Shown: positions 36,501 to 50,552, counted from the stretch's first letter. The stretch is 64,000 nt of DNA from Hamiltosporidium tvaerminnensis FI-OER-3-3 (GCA_022605425.2 JAKIMF020000001.1:868001-932000); one strand, 5' to 3'. A program made the numbers and translations. The notes: generated by a model from the sequence alone, not told the origin.

Positions 36501-37515
36501 AACCTTACTTAAAGTATATAATGCAAGAAAAAATGAGCTTGTAAGAGTTAGTGAAGGTACAGAATGGCCGAAGAAAGAGTTATTAGGCCACGTGATTAAG
36601 CAGGCCGTTTCTATATCTAGAATATATATGTAGTCTCGGATGCAGAAAGCATGTATCGACACTATAAAATCGGGTAAACATATGAGAATACGGCCCTGAA
36701 TGAGATAAAATTCTCGGTCATGACTATACTAGAGGATAAAAAAGTGGTATGATGCATGAACTTACTCCTTTTAAATAGATATGCATTCAAGTCTTCAAAA
36801 CGAATTAGGAGTCACTCATTTCAAGAGGTTATCGAAAACGAGTGGGCAGAGATAATAGTCGACACTATAATATAAACTTATTTTAAGATTTAGAATAATA
36901 GACCTGATATATTCATTTTAGATGTGAGAAAAATAAGATAACACTCATTGAAGTAGCAATAACTTCACCGGTTTCATCTTAAATGTTAAAACCAAAGCTT
37001 AGAAAGTATAAACTTTTAGCCAATTATTTGGTTTTATTTATAAATTGGTATAGAAATAATTCCTTATGTGATAACCTGAGAAGATATTGTGATGCAACAA
37101 ACATAAGCCATACCTCAAAAGACTGCAAATATTATGAATATAGAAGCATACAAACAGACCATATTATTTATGAAGAAATCCTAAATTAATTTCCTTTGAG
37201 CAATAAAGAGGAGTTGTGTCGGAACCAAATTCAGATGAGAGTAGAATAGGCGCAAATGCGTTACCGAGAGGACTTGGGCTTGCAAAGAAGCAACACATTC
37301 TGTAAAAAAAGCGATATATCGAGAGGAATGTGTTTAATATGTTAAAAAAGACAATTATATACCCTTGTTGCAGAAAGAGGGAACGCATTAGTGGGACCGA
37401 CGATAAAAATAAATGAAGAGTTCGATTTAGAAGAAGAAAAGACGGTGGTACAAGAGCAGAGGGAAATGCATAAAAGTGTTAAAATAGTTTTAACTCGGAA
37501 ATTTATAAAATAAAT
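33566..37515 (+). mobile_element. R4/Dong-like RLE retrotransposon, old full-length heavily decayed copy 4 with nested SINE
   Basis: Collinear with copy 3 from the N-terminus (LKKLAQS..VKSEED..CTLTNPTEY) through RT (KLISRVERLCRT) and RLE to the 3' end ttttaactcggaaatttataaaataaa. Confidence 0.9.
35327..35560 (-). mobile_element. tRNA-derived SINE (family S1), full-length, nested in LINE copy 4
   Basis: The reverse strand begins with a degenerate cloverleaf: GTCGCCA..TCGTGGT acceptor, GTCT/AGAT D-stem, TCAGA/TCTGA anticodon stem, TTGGG-CTTGATC-CTCGG T-arm. It ends (TAAA)n and interrupts the RT sequence between ..aaacctaaa and ..attagatc. Confidence 0.8.
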
Positions 37516-38334
37516 ATTTTTTAATTTTATATTTTTTTATTTCCAATGCAAAAACATTGTGAATTTTTATCATGATAATTTTTTGTAAGTAAAAATATTT
37601 TTTGTTTTGGATTCCTAAAAATTATTTTTTCAATTAATTCTTAATTTAAACTATTTGAATTGATAATCGATTTATATTTTATACTTTTAACTATTCAAAT
37701 CATATAGTTTATCGTAAATGTCTGCTTGTTATAATAATATTCGATAGGGGAATATATTATAAATCTAAAATGAAAAATGTATAAATTTGATTACAGCTCT
37801 ATTTTATAGTTATGCGGTATTTTTCTCATCCAATAGTTTTTTTAAGATTTGATATTTTTAAAAAATCGTAATTATCTGATTAAGAAAAAAAATGTTTTTT
37901 TTCTAATAATTACCTTATTTAGCTATTTTCGATAATTTGTTCTTTAAAACAATATTTCTCGATATTTTATTTCAAGAGATGATAAGACATCGGTTTTTTA
38001 AGTATATTTTATATTGTAACAATTAGATAAACTTTTTTCATAACATATCGAACAAAGATGAGGTATTATAGTTAAAATGAAGATTAAAACTAGTGTTAGC
38101 TGATCTAAAGGTTTTGCTTATATATCATAGGTTTTATATAAATATTATAAAATAAATTTGATTAAAAATAATGTTTTAACCAGATATATCAATCTTTATT
38201 AATTGAATACTTGTTGTATCTTGACATGGACAAAGTATATAATCATAAAAACGATAAGAATTTATCATTATTTGTATTTTCGATATTTTTTGAAAAAAAG
38301 TTTGCTAACAATTAAATAGTAGATTTTTTTTCTA

Positions 38335-41300
38335 ATAAGTAATTGGTTACTAGGTGACATTACGCCCCTTTAAGACTTCTAGCCTTGTTTACTATAAACT
38401 TCCACCTATCCCGATCAATACACGTCGATTTAGTCTTTAGAATACCAAGTTAACTGATATTTTTTTTGACATTGTCTAGCCATCTAGTTTTTGAACAACC
38501 TGAAAGTCTTCTACCTAAAGTATTGAACATTCAAACTGCTTTTTAATACTCCGCTTTCTGGCATTCACTGGTGATGACTCAGCAATTATAGTCCGGTTCT
38601 TTATACTTCGTGTGAAAATCCTAAATTTCGATATAAATATTGCCGCTCAGTGGTTTATACGAATTCGCTGAGTTTTATTAGTTTCTAGATTCTCTATAGA
38701 ATTTTTTGTTCTCATATACCTATTATCTCTTCGGTACGCTGTTAACAATATCAAAATTTCACATTCGACATTAAAATATGTCCTATTATAGTACTATATA
38801 TCATTTCCTTGCTTCTCTGGCTTATAAATTGAGATTTTGGGATTTTCTAAAAGATTAAATAGGCTTTGATTCTCTCTTTTATTCTCGCAAATTATCATTA
38901 TTATTTGTCAGAACCTCTCCTAGATATTTAAAAGACGATATACTCTCAAGCAGGTATCAATATACTTAAAAATGGGTGCAATGTTTTCATGATTATTTGA
39001 AGTCATATCATATATTTTTTAATTTCATCTATGAAATTCTGCTTTTAGCATTTCGTATTCGATCTTTCTGACATGATCTCTGAAGTAGTTCTACTTTTTT
39101 TATATAATATTAATTTTATCGACCATAGATAAAAAATGTATTGTTCTGCTGTGCAGATATTCTTGCGAGAAATTCCTTGCCATTCTTATAGCCTTTTTCG
39201 AGTGTTCCATTAAAAAGCATACCGGCGACCGTACTTATTTTCTTAAACACCAGCCTTTTCGAAATTTTTGAGAATCTTAACGCTAAACAACTTTGCTTCT
39301 ATTATTTTTCAAAGCAATTCTGATAAGACTTAATACTTTCTCTGAATTCTGAAATCCTAATAGTATTTCATAAATAAAATATGAGTATGGCTACCGTGTG
39401 CCTGTTAATAGTCAATAAAAGCTAGTCAATGCCCTGGTTATACACTCTGCCTTTTTTAGAACGACGAATATATGGTCGATTGTTTATTTTTCATTCCAAA
39501 GCAACTTGTTATACCGAGATTCCTTTCATAGTATGTTTTAAGTCGTTTTGCTATAACTTTGGATGGTATTTTATATGTGAATCTCAGGAAATATTTTACC
39601 TGTAATTTGATCTGGTTAAATTCATGCCTTTTCTAAAATGAGCAAATAAAATCCATATCCCAGTTTTCGTCTATTTCTTTATTTTGCTAAACTTTTAAGG
39701 GTACAGAAAATTTTATTTCCAACATCGTATTTCAACGATATTTTAATATCTAAGCGTCTACGCGATCGTCACATGGTTCTTTATCGTTTTTGCAAGAAAT
39801 TAATTGCTTTTTCAAATTTTAAAAGTCAAGGCTTTATTATATTTATTTTTTTTCTAAGTTTATTTTAATCCTTAAAGTTTTTCGCTCCCTTTCCTGTTTT
39901 TCCTTCGCCTAGTTTAAAAGTCCTTCAAAATATTTTGCTCTCCATAGATCTATGACTTTTTTTAATCTGGTCCTAACTCTTCATTGACTATATGCATTGC
40001 AACGTTCTTGACCCAAAGCCTCTTCTTGTATCTTTAATATATGTAGGTATTCTTCTTGTTCGTTTATTTAATAATTCTGCTTCTAATTGCTCGATATTTT
40101 CTTAATGGTATTTTCTGTTTCTGCATAACTGCAGAGGTTTAGCCCACAGTATTAGAATGTAGTAATTTTTCTCTGTTTTTGTCTCGGTAGCAGTTTATTT
40201 ACTGCTTTGTTTTGTTGGTAAACTGCGATTTTGTATTATTCATCGTACCAAATTTTTCTGCGTTAGTGTTTTTTAAAGCCAATTACTTCTTTGGCCTCTT
40301 TTTGCATATTATACTTTGGATTTTCCAATTTATCTTGTATAAATTCGTTCCCGCAGCTTTTGCTTGGGTCTTTAAAAGAACGTATACTTTAAGATACCTT
40401 TAATAATTTTCTTACATTAGATATCTTTGAATTATTGGCTGCAAATTTCTTAGCTTGAAGTTTTTTACAGGCCAATTATTGAAATTCTTTGGCGAAATTT
40501 CAAAATTTCAAAGTAGTAATTCGAGCTGGTGTTTGATCTGCATATGCTTTTACATCTTGCATACACAATGCGTGTCCTGTATCTACTATTGCCTGATCTA
40601 TTTGATCAACCGTATGATTATCCAGCGATTTCCACGTTGCCCTATGTATTCCTTTATTTATAAAACATGTACTAGATATAACAATATTCCTGCTAGTTGC
40701 AAATTGAATTAGTCGAACACCATTTTTATTTGTGTCATTTTGCGTGCTCACTTTTCCCATATTTTACATTTAGACCTTTTTTTACATACTTTTGCATTCA
40801 TGTCACCGAGCACTATCTTTATGTCATTATTTGGGGCTTTGTCATATGTTCCTCTACCAAGTCATACAAGCTGTCTTTTACCATGTCATTTGTTTCTTCA
40901 GTAGGAACATTTGCACACAGTATTGTACATTAAAGAATTATGCTTCCAACCCCATTTGAAAGATCTCTTATTTATTCCTTGAAAATCTTATACTTTATGT
41001 ACCAAATTGTTATTTATAGCAAATAATGTATCTTGAATATAGGAGGTCTCGTTTTCACTTTAAAAGATCTATGGTCTTCGGTTTTAAGTATATATCTCCC
41101 TTACTACAAATTTCTTCCAGCACTACAATGTCTTTTCATATTTTGAAATTCTGAGTTCTAAGTATTAAAGCTTCTGGCTCATTAAGTTTCCGCATATCCC
41201 AAGTTGCCATCCTTTGTTCATTTTTTAAATTTTCTGTCTTTGTTTTTTTTCGTAATTTCTTTTGTTCGATTTAGTCTTGTGATCGTAAAGTTTTGTAAAA

Positions 41301-41400
41301 GTTTAATAATATCTTTATGTTCTCCCGGTACGGTTTTTAGCTAGAAGCTCAACCCCCTCATTTCTCACCTGGACTTGTGATTTGCTATGGCTGAGTTAGA
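38335..41400 (-). mobile_element. Decayed RTE-clade LINE (APE endonuclease + RT)
   Basis: APE start MATWDMRKL (~41210). TNKNGVRLIQFATSRNIVISSTCF..IHRATWKS....DQID (40500..40760) is typical of the RTE endonuclease. RTE-like C-terminus DRDRWKFIVNKARSLKGA* near 38360-38416. Many stops. Confidence 0.85.
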
Positions 41401-41582
41401 TTTTTTGTTAACAAATTATCGCATTTTCGAATTACTTTGTTTTTAATATTCATTTTAGAGAATTGGAAACTATAAAATTAACTATTTTGGCTTCGAGAAT
41501 TTCATTTATAAAAATATTACAAGAGTGAAAATTATTTCAAATTTTATGCGAAATAAAAAATAATAATGTACAAAAATGAAGT

Positions 41583-42638
41583 ATGAAACACCATCAAGGC
41601 TGTTTGAAGAAACAAAGTTTTATATTTATTTCTGAAACTTTGTTTCTAATGTTTCTTGTATTTTTAACTGATTCATTAACAATAATTATGAATACAAGTA
41701 TAATGAAAGCAGAAAGAAATAAATATTTGCAAATTTTGCAAAAATACATTGCCATAGTTCCTATTTTTATACAAGCGACAATAAATGGGTATGTAATAAG
41801 AAAGTTTACTGGAAGAAAATCATCTTCAAAATGTTTACCAATTTTAATGGTAGAACTATTTAAACTAATAATTTCCAGCTATATGAAAACAAAACAACCA
41901 GTAGATTATAATTTGGATATCTTTACAATGGGAATTATAACATTTTGTAAAAGTATTCTTATGTGGAATTTCGTTTATAGATTGCATCCTATGTATTTTT
42001 CGGTGTGTTATCAGTCAAGAATTATATTTTTGTGTGTAATTTCGTATATTGTAATGAAAAAACGTTTTTTTATCTATCAATATTGGGGTCAAGGATTGAT
42101 ATTTATTGGTATAATATTGCCAGAAATTCTGAAAAACCATATTAAATCTAAATCACAAAATGTTGAAGTAATAACTTGTCTGGCGATAATAACAGCAGGA
42201 TTTTTAAATTCGTTTGGTTCAGTCTTTTTCGAGGTAAAAATTAAGAAAAAGGTACAAAATTTTTGGGATTATACATTTCAGTATTCTGTTTTTGCAGTTA
42301 TAATTACATTTATAGGATGTTTAGTAGAATTTTATGTAAAGGAAATAGATATAATATCGAATTTTGAATCCCTGTTTTTTTGGCTTGCTATAATTTTGAA
42401 TTCCTTGGGTTCTATGGTGGCTTCTTATTTAGCACTGATTTTGTGTCCCTTAACAAGAACATTTTTAATGATATTAAGTTCTGCGATGTCTACAACTGTC
42501 ATATCGCTTCTATTACAAAACAAAATTCAACCTATCAACATATTTTCGTTAATTATAGTATATACAGGAACCATGATATACGAAATAGGAAATACTAAAA
42601 CTATTAACAATAAAAAAAACAATCACGATATTGTTTGA
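41583..42638 (+). CDS. Nucleotide-sugar transporter (SLC35A-like, UDP-Gal/CMP-sialic acid type)
   Basis: Multi-TM protein with VELFKL, F.VCYQSRII, KKRF...QYWG..LIFIG and GF...F.SVFFE..IK matching the SLC35A pattern. The true start may be a downstream Met. Confidence 0.75.
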   Translation: MKHHQGCLKKQSFIFISETLFLMFLVFLTDSLTIIMNTSIMKAERNKYLQILQKYIAIVPIFIQATINGYVIRKFTGRKSSSKCLPILMVELFKLIISSYMKTKQPVDYNLDIFTMGIITFCKSILMWNFVYRLHPMYFSVCYQSRIIFLCVISYIVMKKRFFIYQYWGQGLIFIGIILPEILKNHIKSKSQNVEVITCLAIITAGFLNSFGSVFFEVKIKKKVQNFWDYTFQYSVFAVIITFIGCLVEFYVKEIDIISNFESLFFWLAIILNSLGSMVASYLALILCPLTRTFLMILSSAMSTTVISLLLQNKIQPINIFSLIIVYTGTMIYEIGNTKTINNKKNNHDIV

Positions 42639-43344
42639 TAAAAAAAATTCAAAGATATTAAAAAAATAATATTTATTTATTAATTTCTTATTTGTATTTA
42701 ATTTAAAATAGGTTTGTTAATTAGTAAATTTTTCTAGGTTAGATATTTAATATAGCACTTTTGCTTTTGTTTATATGAAAACGTAGCTGAATTTAACATC
42801 TTAATATAAAAAGGACAAATGTTTGGAAAAATACAATTTTGAACAACAAAATTAAATTAAAAAATTAATTTTTGTGTTTTTAAACTTAGAGTAACAAAAT
42901 ATTCATTTTACGCGGTTACTGACTATTTATCAGTGAAATAAATATCAATTTACAGGGTTAAGATAACATGTCTTTTATTTGAAATGAATCTGGTGTATCG
43001 AAAAAAATGCAATGACTCATTAGGATAGTCTAAGAATTATATAAATCGAAAGCAAAGTATGTCTTATTAAAAGCTATCAAAATGTGCTTAGTTTAATCAT
43101 AAGAAAACAATATATTGTAAACTTATTTTTTGATACGCTGAATATCAATTAAATATTTTAAAACACATTAAATGCATCTATTTAAGAAGTTCTTTGATTA
43201 TGATCTGAAATAAACATCAAATCAAAAGTGGGGAATGAAACCATAAATTTTTTATAATAAATAGAAACCCAAGCATTTAAGGTATTTGTCAATAGTAATC
43301 ATCTTCTATGATCTCGTATTATATAAGAATATAAAGGCTTAACA

Positions 43345-44320
43345 ATGCGCAGCTTGAAAAAAATAAATCTGTTTTATAAACTTACTAGACTTTAAGCTCC
43401 TAGAAACGAACTTTCATTTACATTCATAAAAAAAAATGTCCCAAAAAATCCTATCCCTAATATCTGAAGCTTTGGTTTTGAAACGTTTTAACAAAAATAT
43501 CTTAGTCTCACCTGGTTTCTTTGTTTACCTTTTTTTTAGTCTTTCATTTGCAAATTATTGCCCGACTTGTGCAATTTACCAAACAAAATCTTAAGCTTTA
43601 TAAACTGCCTATTGCTCTTCTTCTTTTATAATTAAATTGAATTTTTCTAAACTTCAGCTTAGTGTTTTATGTTTAGTCTTTTCACATTCCACCTATTTTC
43701 ATTAAATTCTGTGCTTTTCTCGAAAAAATTTATTATTGTTAAGTTTTTTTATTGCTTTGAAAAACTGTGCTTTTTAAGAATATGTTGTATTGTTTGTTCA
43801 TTGTATAAATTCTCAGATATTTTTAGTAAAAGTCTTTTGATTTAATCAAGTATAAACTTCCACAAAGCTATTCCACCAAAATGCTTTGTGGAATTATTAT
43901 TCAGAATATATACATTACACAGAATAATGGTAGAAAAGCATCAATCATATCTTATAATTTTATATGTAACAATAATTCTGAAAAGAATTTTTATTAAAGA
44001 ATTATTTTTTTGTGCAAAAATTAAAGCGTTAGAAAGATTAAAAACCCAGATTTATTATGTTATTCTTGATAAATAATACTATTTAGAAGAAAATTTTACG
44101 AATTTATTGAGAATATTTTTTTGGACAAATAGAAAGTTTTTAATTGTTTTATGTTCAGTTCTACTCACATTATTGGTTGGCTATGAGTTATTAGTAACTA
44201 GAAAGAGGCATATCTAATACGTGCACTCTTATGAGTGTCTTATAATCTTTTAATCGATTAAACATTTCGAGATGAGTCAGTCGTCGTTGAAATCAGAACA
44301 TTACTGAATTATATAAATGA
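43345..44320 (-). repeat. ~970-bp dispersed repeat (family U), copy 2
   Basis: Collinear with 20980-21945 and shares the same right boundary. Confidence 0.75.
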
Positions 44321-44576
44321 GAATATTTAATGGGTTTTTATTTCTAGGTTTTGGATGTAATTGTAACTGATACACAAATTGTAAGCATAAGAAGGTTATA
44401 GATTGCCGTATATTGTATATTTATAACGAATCAACAATAATAATACCATTATTAACTTGTATTTAAATAGACACATGTAATTAAATTATAGCCAAATAAG
44501 ATGGTACTATTAGTACATTAAAATATTTTATGACACGAATTAAATATAAAGTTTAATCTCTTTTAAAAATAAACAT

Positions 44577-44800
44577 GTGAAGAGATAATAACTAGAATAG
44601 AAACTTGTAGATTACTGATATATATGTACAATTCATATTGAAATCAATTCTGGCATTGTGGTGGAGTATAAATCACATCGGATCTATAGATAAATCCCCT
44701 ATAATTCTCGGTTATAACTGATTAAAAGAAACAAATTAAAAATATGCCTTTCTTTACTCCTCGACACTAAGAGGTAAAAGAGGAATGAAATAAGTAAGTA
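44577..44800 (+). mobile_element. Family S2 element, diverged copy
   Basis: cattgtggtg..tataaa..cggat.tatag..tataat..ctcgacac..gaggtaaaag.ggaatg matches 2795-2925. Ends in a taagtaagtaa tail. Confidence 0.6.
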
Positions 44801-47017
44801 ATGATAAAAACATACACCAAATGAAATTTAAATTCAATCCGAAACAATTTATTGTACGAATCTTCTAATTAACTAAATATATTAAAAATTAACAATTTAA
44901 AACATATCCCGGAAACAAAAATAAGTACAGCTTACTAAAACTGTATTTGAGAATAACCAAGATACTCTCTTATATATAGAAATTAACCAATATATATATT
45001 TTTAGGATTTAGATTTCTTACAGAGAATTAAATATTTTTTGCTTCTGGAATATCCGTCGCTAGATAAATTGCTTTGTGAATGTTCTAGGGTGGGGAAATG
45101 GATGGTTTGATACATTTTCTGGTTATATTTCTCTATTGAAAACTGTCTGTTGTACATTTCTCTCACCTATGTTTTATTATTAAAAACTAGCTTCATATTG
45201 TTTGTCATAGATTAATAGCAGTACTGCTGGTTTTAACAGACTCCGGTCTTTAAAAATGTAAACAGTTGTATTAGTTTACGCTTCATCATAGGTTATCTCA
45301 TTAAAATAATTCTAGTATAAACGAATAAATATTATTTGGATTTTTCTTTGCCACTTTTTTTTCCTTTGAATTTAGTCTTTGACATCATCACATAATCATT
45401 GAAGTCTTTTTACATATGAAGGCTAATTTAATTTGACCATAGTATAAAAATGATATATAAAAATGCCATGACAAATGCGAGTCCAATTTATATTTTAATG
45501 CCCTAAATACACGTCAACTTATGCTTTTGATAACATATTTAAACTGTCCTTTATTTGTAAATCTAATCACAACTAATTTACTATGATGATAAATTGATAA
45601 GTACATAATTTATTTAAAAGATTAAAAATCATAAATCTAAACTAATGGCAGTAGCGTATCAAATTAAAGGAATAAAAATCATTTGAACGCTTTTAAATTC
45701 TGCAATAGAAATGTTGTGCGAATATTTTAGAAAGATGAAAATGAACTAAATCCTTAATTTTTAACATTATCGCAATGTGTTAGATGAATTCTGTTGTATA
45801 ATTATTAATTATAAAATATGGGATCATAAGAAGATTTAAAAGATATAAATTAAACATGTTCGAATGTAGACCAAACACCTTAGATAAAGTTGTACTTTAT
45901 CTATACTTAAACAAGAAAAATCGACTGAAAAGAACTCTAATTACACATAGCGTTAAGATGTTTACAGCGTAAAATGAGAAATAAAAAACTATTTTCTGAT
46001 TTTAAATTTCAAACGTAATTAAAATTTTGATTTAAGTCCAAACTTCTGACCAGTAAGCAGTGGTTCTGGTTATAGATATTTGCTTAATAATGATTACAGA
46101 AATATAAGAATTTAAAATGCAAAAAACCATTTAAGTTTTTCATCAAATTAGTGTTGAAGGGATGCGTGTAAAAAATTAAATCATCATTTATGCTTGCATG
46201 AAAAGAAATTAATATATCTATTTTCTAAAATTATACACAAAATCAAAAAAGCTATATTGTAAAAAAAATTGGGTTTGTTTGAAGTCTTTATTGATTTGCT
46301 TATAATTTTAAAAACGATAAGGAAAGATTCTGTATATAAGATTAATCAAGCATAAAAATAATTTTGGGGATCAGCAAAATGTATGACTTAACGCAAATAA
46401 TACAAATATTTCTAAAAACTTCATTTTGTATGTTGAAGTGTAAATATATAAGATTTTGGTAGTATACTAACTAATCTATAAGAATTTTCTGACAATCAAT
46501 AAACAATAAATAAATTCATAAAAAAATCTATTGAAACATATCGCTTCGGGAAAATCTAGACCTAATTGATTTTTCGATTCAAATATAAAGCTGAAAATTC
46601 AATTCACATTCAATTTGATTTTTTTATCAAGACCTATATGGTTCAGTCTTTATTTTCGAATTTAAGCTGCCCAACAATATCAAATCATAAAATTAGAAAT
46701 GACAGTATTTGCCTAAAAATTTCTGAATCTGAAGACTATATAAATAAAGAATAAATTTGAGAAACCAAGCTATTTTAAATAATTATAATTTTAAAAACAG
46801 AAAGTTGGATTTTTTAGAGCGGAGATAGGTAACTATTTTGTTTTAATAGAAATGATTTTTAAGAAATATATTTGAATCTAATATAAAGTTACCTATATTC
46901 TATACATATTATCTATAAAGCAAAAGTATTTGGTTATATTTAAATTTCATTACCTAAATAATGTAAGAAATCATTTTTGGAAATATTTAAAATTTTAAAT
47001 TTAGTGAGTATTTATGT

Positions 47018-47743
47018 AGTGGAGGGAGGATAACCACATAAAAAACTTTCTGCTTGGCAAGAGTGTGTGAAACTGATTGGGGATCATTGTTTGGATTTTT
47101 GGTGGGAATAAAACCACACTACATCTTCGGTTGTTCCATGGGAGTTGTTATGAAGAGGAGAGGTCTAAGAAATGGAGAAACTTTTTCTACAAATGTATTT
47201 GTAGTATTTTATGTAACTAGATTGCAGACCGCAGCTGAGAATGTAAGTAATTTCCATGTAAAAGCATGGAAACCTAGCCTTGATCACTCGGGTTAGAAGA
47301 CTGAGCGCCGGGAGATATAAAAATAAAAACCATTTAAAGCCGGGAGAGCTAAGTAGCAGGTTATACATGTTGGTATGACATTGCACTGTCTAGGTGGACC
47401 CCATGTAAATCTCTGAAATATATCTTAGCTAGAAGTTTATTGGGTTCAGAAAGTGTAGAGTAAGTGGGAATGCTGCATAGTCTTGGGGGAGCCCAGGGGG
47501 GGCTTCGGCCTTCGATCACACTCCATGCAACGGACATTAACGAACTCCGGGCAACTGCCTCGCCTATTAATTAGGTTCTACACACCTGATAGATGAAAGG
47601 CTTTGAGACGTAGGTATCGCAGGGGTTACTGATGGAGTTTCGGGGTAGCAGTTATTTATGTTAAACCTAGAACTGCGTTAATGTCATGAAAACAAATATA
47701 ATACTTGCCACTATTTTAAAAATATGTGATACTTTTAAATAAA
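47018..47743 (+). mobile_element. ~730-nt element, young copy D with probable TSD
   Basis: Nearly identical to copy A. Flanked by GAGTATTTATG (47006-47016) and GAGTATATTATG (47744-47755). Confidence 0.88.
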
Positions 47744-48207
47744 GAGTATATTATGCCAATTTTCTATTAGCTCTACATGGTTAAATCGATCTCTAGCATC
47801 TATTAGACTACGCGAACTACAAAAAGAAAAAACATGCTTATTTTTGACTATAAATATGTGTTTCAACATTCGTAAACATCTTGGTTTAGAATTTAGACTA
47901 TTAGAGGTATTCATTTTTTTCTTGGAATAATTGTCCGTAGAAAGTATACAACTATTGGTATAATGGGTTTTTAAGCAGCTTAGAATTTTGTTTTCAAAAA
48001 GAAGAAAGATTTTTAGAATTTTAGATTTTATTTTTTGCTTTAATTAGAGAAGAAAATTGCATAACTGATAATCACGAGTGTATATAAATTAAAAATTTAA
48101 AATTTCAGTATATTCTCGTTTAAATATCTTTTGGGTTTCTCAAAAACTTCAAGGTTTTAGAGACGATGTAAGTAATAAAATTGTAAAAAATAATTAAAAA
48201 ATTGAAT

Positions 48208-49653
48208 TTATTCAATTAATATAGCTTCATAAAGCCGAATGTATGCTAAAAAAAATTCTTTTGCTGTTCGACTAAAAATCATTATTATTTCCTTGGAATC
48301 AGTACTGCAGTTCTCTTTATAGATCTCTAAAATACTGACATATAAATCGAGAAACCTACTATTTTTGGATAATTTTAAAATTTCTTCATTCAAAAACTTT
48401 ATACTTCCAAGGAAATTTGCTTCTTCCGTTTTTCCAAATTTTTTTTCAAAAAACTCTTTATAAAATTTTAGTAAAAATACCTTGATAGCTGCTAAACATG
48501 AATCTAGAACTTCTTCGTTCGTTTTCTTAAACTTATCGAATATCGGTAAAAAAATTTCTAATTTTTTGGTTAGAATTAGTGTTCTGATCATATCAAAAAA
48601 TGTATCAGGGTCATCTAAATAATTGCATACGACTTCCTTTTGTTCTATTAGTATAGAAACCAATGTTTTCCAATACCAAAGTGACAGGTTTACCAATGCA
48701 CTTTGAACCCAACCTAGACTTCTCAATATTTTTTAATCTTTTTTCTATTGCGTTTAATTTTTCTTTAAATTCTTCAATTTTAGGAATGTAAGCGGGTAAA
48801 AATTCTTTCATTCCATCTACTGTTTTGATCTCAGCTGCTAAAGCATCTCCAATTATTTGCTTCAAAACAGTATCTGGGTATATTTTTTTAAGAAACGAAT
48901 CATAGACGTGATTCTTATCAAATATATTGGCTTTATAGAGGATAAAAACAAAAAATGCTCTTGGGTCACTATGGTCTAGTGAAATTTGAAATGATTTAAC
49001 TGTATGGAAATCATGATTTATATATTTTTCTAAAGTTATATTTAACAAGCTATCATTGAAAGATACATTCAAGAGACCAAACATTTCAATATGGTTTTTA
49101 CATTCTTTTACAAAAGTGCCAAATTTATGCAAAAAACCTATCACATTAGTTTCTCTGTTACACATCGTATAGCTTGAGCCGAAATATCGGGACTGTATTC
49201 AGAAGTGAATTTTTCAAATTTATCCAACGAAAATATAAAAGGGAGTACAACTAAATTAAGTCTCTCTATCCATTCTGATACTTTCTTAAGTGTTTCGTTT
49301 TGACTATTTTCTTCGACATAGCTTCTTTTTCTTAGAAGTTCCAATAAACTAGATATATCATCGGTAATATCTTTTAATTTACAGCCCGAATAACATAAAT
49401 CGAGAAAGATAGATTCCCCAAAACAAATCATTACAAATCCGAAATCTTTATTATCTTTATACTGGTCTTTCAAAAGTTTTCCCAATTGTGATTCTTGGAA
49501 TTCATGAAACTCATTTAAAAGTTGTTTCTGTTTCTTACTTTCCAAATTATTCTCTAAAAATGACTGAAAAAAGGAAGATCCACTTGTATATGTAATCAAT
49601 AAAAATAACAATTTTATTTTTAATATGAGCATAATTTGAATTTTTTTTACCAA
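48208..49653 (-). pseudogene. Paralogue of 3829-5263 (signal-peptide-bearing lineage-specific family), split by two frameshifts
   Basis: LLNEFHEFQESQLGKLLKDQY vs ILKEFCEFEESPLGKLLKNQY; FGLLNVSFNDSL vs FGILNATFNHSL; YKANIFDK vs HKANIFDK; YIRLYEAI in both. Single-base frameshifts near 49150 and 48720. About 55 bp upstream is also conserved. Confidence 0.75.
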
Positions 49654-49849
49654 TATATAGTTTTATAATTAACCATATTTGTATATATTAAGAAAAAAAC
49701 TACCATAAATAGATATTATAATTCACTGTAAATTATTATTTTAAAAAATTTACAAGTCAAAGTTGAAGTGAAAGCAAGTGAATATATTCTTAAAAAAATA
49801 AAATATGATTAAAATAGAAAAAAATGATGGTTCCAGCAAGAATTTGAAT

Positions 49850-50552
49850 GATTAACAATATCAAAGAGCATATGCTTGGCTATGTGTATGTGGAACTGGC
49901 TTAAAAACCATTGTTTACATTTTTGTTGCAAGTAAACTACATATAATTTTCAGTTGCTTTGGAAATTCGTAAAAAGAGGATATAATCTACACAAGCTTGA
50001 ACATTTTCTAGCAACTTGGTTTGTAATTTTTAATTACATAGATGGCAACCCACTGGGAAACTTTTGGCAATCTCCATGTAAAAGCATGGAAACCTAGCCT
50101 TTATGATTAAGTTAGAAAAATTAACGCCTGATAGATACCTAAAGACCATACTCTTATATTCCGGGAAGGCTTAGAATTAGATAGTATCAGATGTTAGAAT
50201 ATTGCAAGATTTGTATGAATCTCACGTGAGTGCGGAGATATGTATTAGTGAGAAGTTTTTATAATTTGAAAGTTGTAGATTAAGTGAGACAGCTTTTCAT
50301 TAGAGGAGCACATGGTGGATGCGACCTGTGTTATACTACATGAATCAAAATTCACGAAAATCAGAAATCATTCGCACAGTAAATTGTTTTCCCAGACCTG
50401 TTATATGAAAGGCATTGGAATACAAACATTTAAGAATATATTTGAAGTTTTAGGCGTACTTATTCATCTTTAGCTCTAAATATGTGTGAATGCCTTAAAA
50501 ACAATATAAAAACCGATGCGACTTTTTCTATAAGATGAGATTTCTTAAATAA
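49850..50552 (+). mobile_element. ~730-nt element, very diverged copy E
   Basis: Exact block ccatgtaaaagcatggaaacctagcctt (~50075-50102) plus collinear cagacctg..atgaaaggc, aaaacaatataa and aagatgagatttcttaaataa. Confidence 0.75.

Noticed and set aside
47018-47743. 730-nt element as a solo LTR, MITE, Helitron, hammerhead retrozyme, group II intron or telomerase RNA
   Set aside because: No TG..CA ends with 4-6 bp TSD, no TIRs, no TC..CTRR ends, no CUGAUGA/GAAA hammerhead core and no domain V hairpin. The GGGTTAG motif is not conserved among copies.
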